The translations under genes and the position numbers were made by a program. A stretch of 63,390 nt of DNA, counting the filler, from Licmophora abbreviata (Eukaryota), in NCBI GenBank assembly GCA_900291995.1. It is 8 parts of 8 records of this genome, joined end to end, with 100 filler letters (N's around TTAATTAATTAA, not from the genome) between each part and the next. Parts side by side here need not be neighbours in the genome. Positions count along the whole stretch, not along the records: positions 51,769 to 63,390 come from OLMU01003485.1; 7 more parts are not named here. One strand, 5' to 3'. The notes beneath the pieces were generated by a model. It had not been told where the DNA came from. It did no database searches and saw only the letters and a list, made by a program, of their open reading frames with translations. Positions 60,581 through 63,390 of this stretch are shown piece after piece (the first letter of the stretch is position 1; the number at the start of each line of letters is the position of its first letter).

Positions 60581-63390
60581 ATGATGAATCTACCGAGCAG
60601 TGCAGTGCGTATGTATACGTCTTCCACCGTAGTCTCATCCACAGAGCTGATCGGATCTAAAAGAAGACGTGCCAGATTGGGAACGTGGGCCATCTATCTA
60701 GCTCATGCTATTCTGCTGGCTCTTTTCTCTGCCTACGTAACTGCATATTTCCTCGAGATGCTGCATGATGAATACTTGTTGCCTCAAATGAATCTTATGT
60801 TTTTCTCAGAAGAAAGAAAAGCTCAGGAAGTCACTTACTACCAGCGATACTGCGACAAAAACGACACCACCGCAAAGACCGCCGAAGAACTGACCATCCG
60901 GCCCACTTTTACAGCCACGGACGCCATGGAGCATAATGTTAGACACGGAGTATCCATCTTCCCACAAGTACTTACAAATGAGACGGCTAACTCACTTCGA
61001 AAGTTTGTTCTCGACAACAAGAATACCAAGAAGCTCCCAGGAATCTTCGTCATTGCGCCTAAACACCGGTTTTCGGCGGTCTTTACCATTGACCAAGACC
61101 CCAGTGTCTTGCAAGCAGCCAAAGAAGTTGCAACTCATCCTGTACTGCGACCAGCGCTGGATGAGATTCTGGGAAATAATGCAGCAGTGATTGAATTCTC
61201 GGTAATTAGTGCGAGCTATGGGGCAGCGACCCAAGAATGGCATTCCGATACGGACGTCGAGGCATCGGCCTTGAAGTACGCTCGCTCTTTTGCACCCTCG
61301 TATTCGCTGTTTATCCCCCTTCAAGATACTACGAGTGCTATGGGCGCTACAGAGCTTTGTCCTGGATCGCATGTTTGCCATTGGGACAACCCAGTTTGCT
61401 TCACTGGACGCGGGAGCATGCAGGTGAGCGACGGATCGTCGCGAGATCTTTGGCCCAAGGGTGCGGGTGCCTTGATGAACCAACAGATGCAGCATAGAGG
61501 AAGTGGGCATTTTGACGAACATGGAGCAGAACGCGTTGTGGTGGTTATATCGTTTGCCCCAAGGCCACGGGTCGGCCCTGGAGAACTCGAGACGCGAATG
61601 GTGTCGCTTGGATCTACATTTTCAATCAAGTACGACCACTGGGGGCACACGTTGGACGACTACGCTGATGCTTCTACTATGATGGGTCAGCCATGGAGAA
61701 CTCTACGAGCCTTGGGTATCTACAAACCGCAAAATAGCTCTTGGGGCTGGGACTTGTTGACTATGATATGTATGCGCCTTGTCAACGAGGCGTATGGGTA
61801 CTATCGACATCAGCTGGATGACTTCATTGACGACGGAGGGTTTCTGTTTCTCCCTAAGAATCTTCATGGGGAAGTCACGGAAGAGGACGGCTGGTATGAT
61901 TACTTGTTAGATACGTTTCTCCGCTGTAAACGTCGGCTCAGATGGCTGAATGCCTTAGCCTTGGGAAGCTTTATTGGGTGTTGCATCCTATTCGACGTAC
62001 TAAGCCGACTCATCCGGCGGACTAAACTACCCAGGGGCTTTACCACAATGCGATCATTGGGCAGGCTACTCGTTTCTCACGGTCTTGCAGTCCTGATTGC
62101 ACACCGTTTGTGGCAGAGTGTATGTGACTCCTCGTGGGCAGCTAACATCACGAGTGGTAAACTTTACAATCTTCCGTCGGCTTCGTCGGACGATCAGGTT
62201 CTAGGAACACTTCCGTACCATCCCGATGTCCTGGTGGAAACGCGATACAGCTCGCGACACCTTGGGGCATACAAGCATATGCTAGACATCACCCACCCGG
62301 GCAATCAGAACTTTCACGGCATAATACAGCGGAGCTCAGCTGGCTACAGCACACTATCAAAAAGCCTTCAGAGAGAGCTGGGAACTAACATCATCGCATG
62401 GCAAGAGGCAAAGGGTGGGCGTCTACTGACACAGAATGATTATGGAAATTGGTACGAGCTGTCGAGAGACCGAGCGTTAGATCTATGCCACAAGGAGCTT
62501 TCGAAAGCCTCTAGCTCGATCGTTGCGGGAGTGATGAATGAGATTGACTTTTTGTTGTCGGAAACAAGATTTGGGAGTCTTAGGGATTCAGAAATGCATC
62601 TTCGTCACATTCCATTGCTGCTACGAGATCTTCATGATCAGATCCTTCACCGACAACAATTCACGCTCGCGCCTGGGGTAGATCGTCTTCTTCCAAGCGT
62701 AAATTCTCTTCTCTTTGCGTTGCGCGTCGAGAAACGTGAACTTGAGAGACAGCATCTCGACGATCTGTCTGACGAGCTTCGGAAGATGCGAGATTCAATG
62801 CACACAGTCACAAAACATGCGACAAGGAACATCTCGCCACATCAGACAGAACCTCTAGCTAGCAGGATGTCGGAAGCTCGCAGAGCTATGAATACAGTCT
62901 CACCCCGCAAGCGCAACGAACGATTGAGTCGAACATCATCATCATGGAGCCGCCGCGAAAGGAGAGAAGAGCCATATTTGGGCGCTTGGCTGAAGGAAGG
63001 AGATACTGTGGAAGCCAAATATGAGGGCAAATACGAATGGTACAGGGCAAGAGTTATTTCCGCCGATGCCGATACGGCTACATATGATGTTCAGCATTTC
63101 GACGGGGAGATTGATGAAGGATTACGGAGAATGTGGCTACGTCCAGACTACGGACCGGGGGTGGGCGAGGTACTAGAAGTGAGATATGGCTCTACGAAGT
63201 ACCATCGTGCAGTTGTGGTTCATGTGAACGAAGACGGCACTAGTACCGTCAAGGTGAATGACAATGGCGCGTTGCTCAAGCGTGTCCAGGACCGAGACAT
63301 TCGTCGTTTCGACTACATTTATGAGGTGGGCAGTCAAGTGGAAGTATGCCTGGTGGACCGAGATAGCAACGAGTATGACGATGATGACTC
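60581..63390 (+). CDS. Membrane PhyH-type dioxygenase / DUF6824-like / Tudor protein, paralog 3; 3'-truncated by the window end and absent from the supplied ORF track
   Basis: Manual translation from ATG 60581 (MMNLPSS...RRRARLGTWAIY-TM): 'LHDEYLLPQMNLM', 'QEWHSD', 'YSLFIPLQDT..MGATELCPGSH', 'QHRGSGH', 'HPGNQNF', 'AWLKEGDTVEAKYEGKYEWYRA'. No stop seen in the segments translated, including the last codons. Confidence 0.88.
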   Translation, partial: MMNLPSSAVRMYTSSTVVSSTELIGSKRRRARLGTWAIYLAHAILLALFSAYVTAYFLEMLHDEYLLPQMNLMFFSEERKAQEVTYYQRYCDKNDTTAKTAEELTIRPTFTATDAMEHNVRHGVSIFPQVLTNETANSLRKFVLDNKNTKKLPGIFVIAPKHRFSAVFTIDQDPSVLQAAKEVATHPVLRPALDEILGNNAAVIEFSVISASYGAATQEWHSDTDVEASALKYARSFAPSYSLFIPLQDTTSAMGATELCPGSHVCHWDNPVCFTGRGSMQVSDGSSRDLWPKGAGALMNQQMQHRGSGHFDEHGAERVVVVISFAPRPRVGPGELETRMVSLGSTFSIKYDHWGHTLDDYADASTMMGQPWRTLRALGIYKPQNSSWGWDLLTMICMRLVNEAYGYYRHQLDDFIDDGGFLFLPKNLHGEVTEEDGWYDYLLDTFLRCKRRLRWLNALALGSFIGCCILFDVLSRLIRRTKLPRGFTTMRSLGRLLVSHGLAVLIAHRLWQSVCDSSWAANITSGKLYNLPSASSDDQVLGTLPYHPDVLVETRYSSRHLGAYKHMLDITHPGNQNFHGIIQRSSAGYSTLSKSLQRELGTNIIAWQEAKGGRLLTQNDYGNWYELSRDRALDLCHKELSKASSSIVAGVMNEIDFLLSETRFGSLRDSEMHLRHIPLLLRDLHDQILHRQQFTLAPGVDRLLPSVNSLLFALRVEKRELERQHLDDLSDELRKMRDSMHTVTKHATRNISPHQTEPLASRMSEARRAMNTVSPRKRNERLSRTSSSWSRRERREEPYLGAWLKEGDTVEAKYEGKYEWYRARVISADADTATYDVQHFDGEIDEGLRRMWLRPDYGPGVGEVLEVRYGSTKYHRAVVVHVNEDGTSTVKVNDNGALLKRVQDRDIRRFDYIYEVGSQVEVCLVDRDSNEYDDDD

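Noticed and set aside
50020..63390. Possibility that the PhyH paralogs are halogenases or assembly duplicates
   Set aside because: All keep the HxD carboxylate (halogenases have HxA/G), and the copies are too diverged to be alleles

Overview
Gene-dense eukaryotic nuclear DNA, most likely from a diatom. The evidence is short GT-AG introns, signal-peptide + 'GAF' bipartite plastid presequences, DUF6824-like domains and type II Golgi enzymes. Seven artificial 100-nt contig spacers (N44-TTAATTAATTAA-N44) split the scaffold. About 33 protein-coding genes are present. Housekeeping genes include Snu114/EFTUD2, eIF3b, 6-phosphogluconate dehydrogenase, LKR/SDH, Mis12, PIG-S-like, PI31, a calpain, a JmjC oxygenase and several plastid or lumen proteins. 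The most notable elements are: (1) a cluster of three paralogous membrane proteins with the architecture TM - PhyH-type Fe(II)/2OG dioxygenase - 2TM - DUF6824-like - Tudor/Agenet repeats, with a secretory-type kinase between copies 2 and 3 (copy 3 is absent from the ORF track); (2) a single-chain SbcD/Mre11-SbcC/Rad50 fusion with an organelle-type presequence; (3) a signal-peptide-bearing proteasome beta2 subunit, a probable periplastid compartment paralog; (4) a PH-LRAT protein with Ser in place of the catalytic Cys. No rRNA, tRNA, CRISPR or transposon was recognised. All domain calls are from motif recognition by eye, not from database searches.
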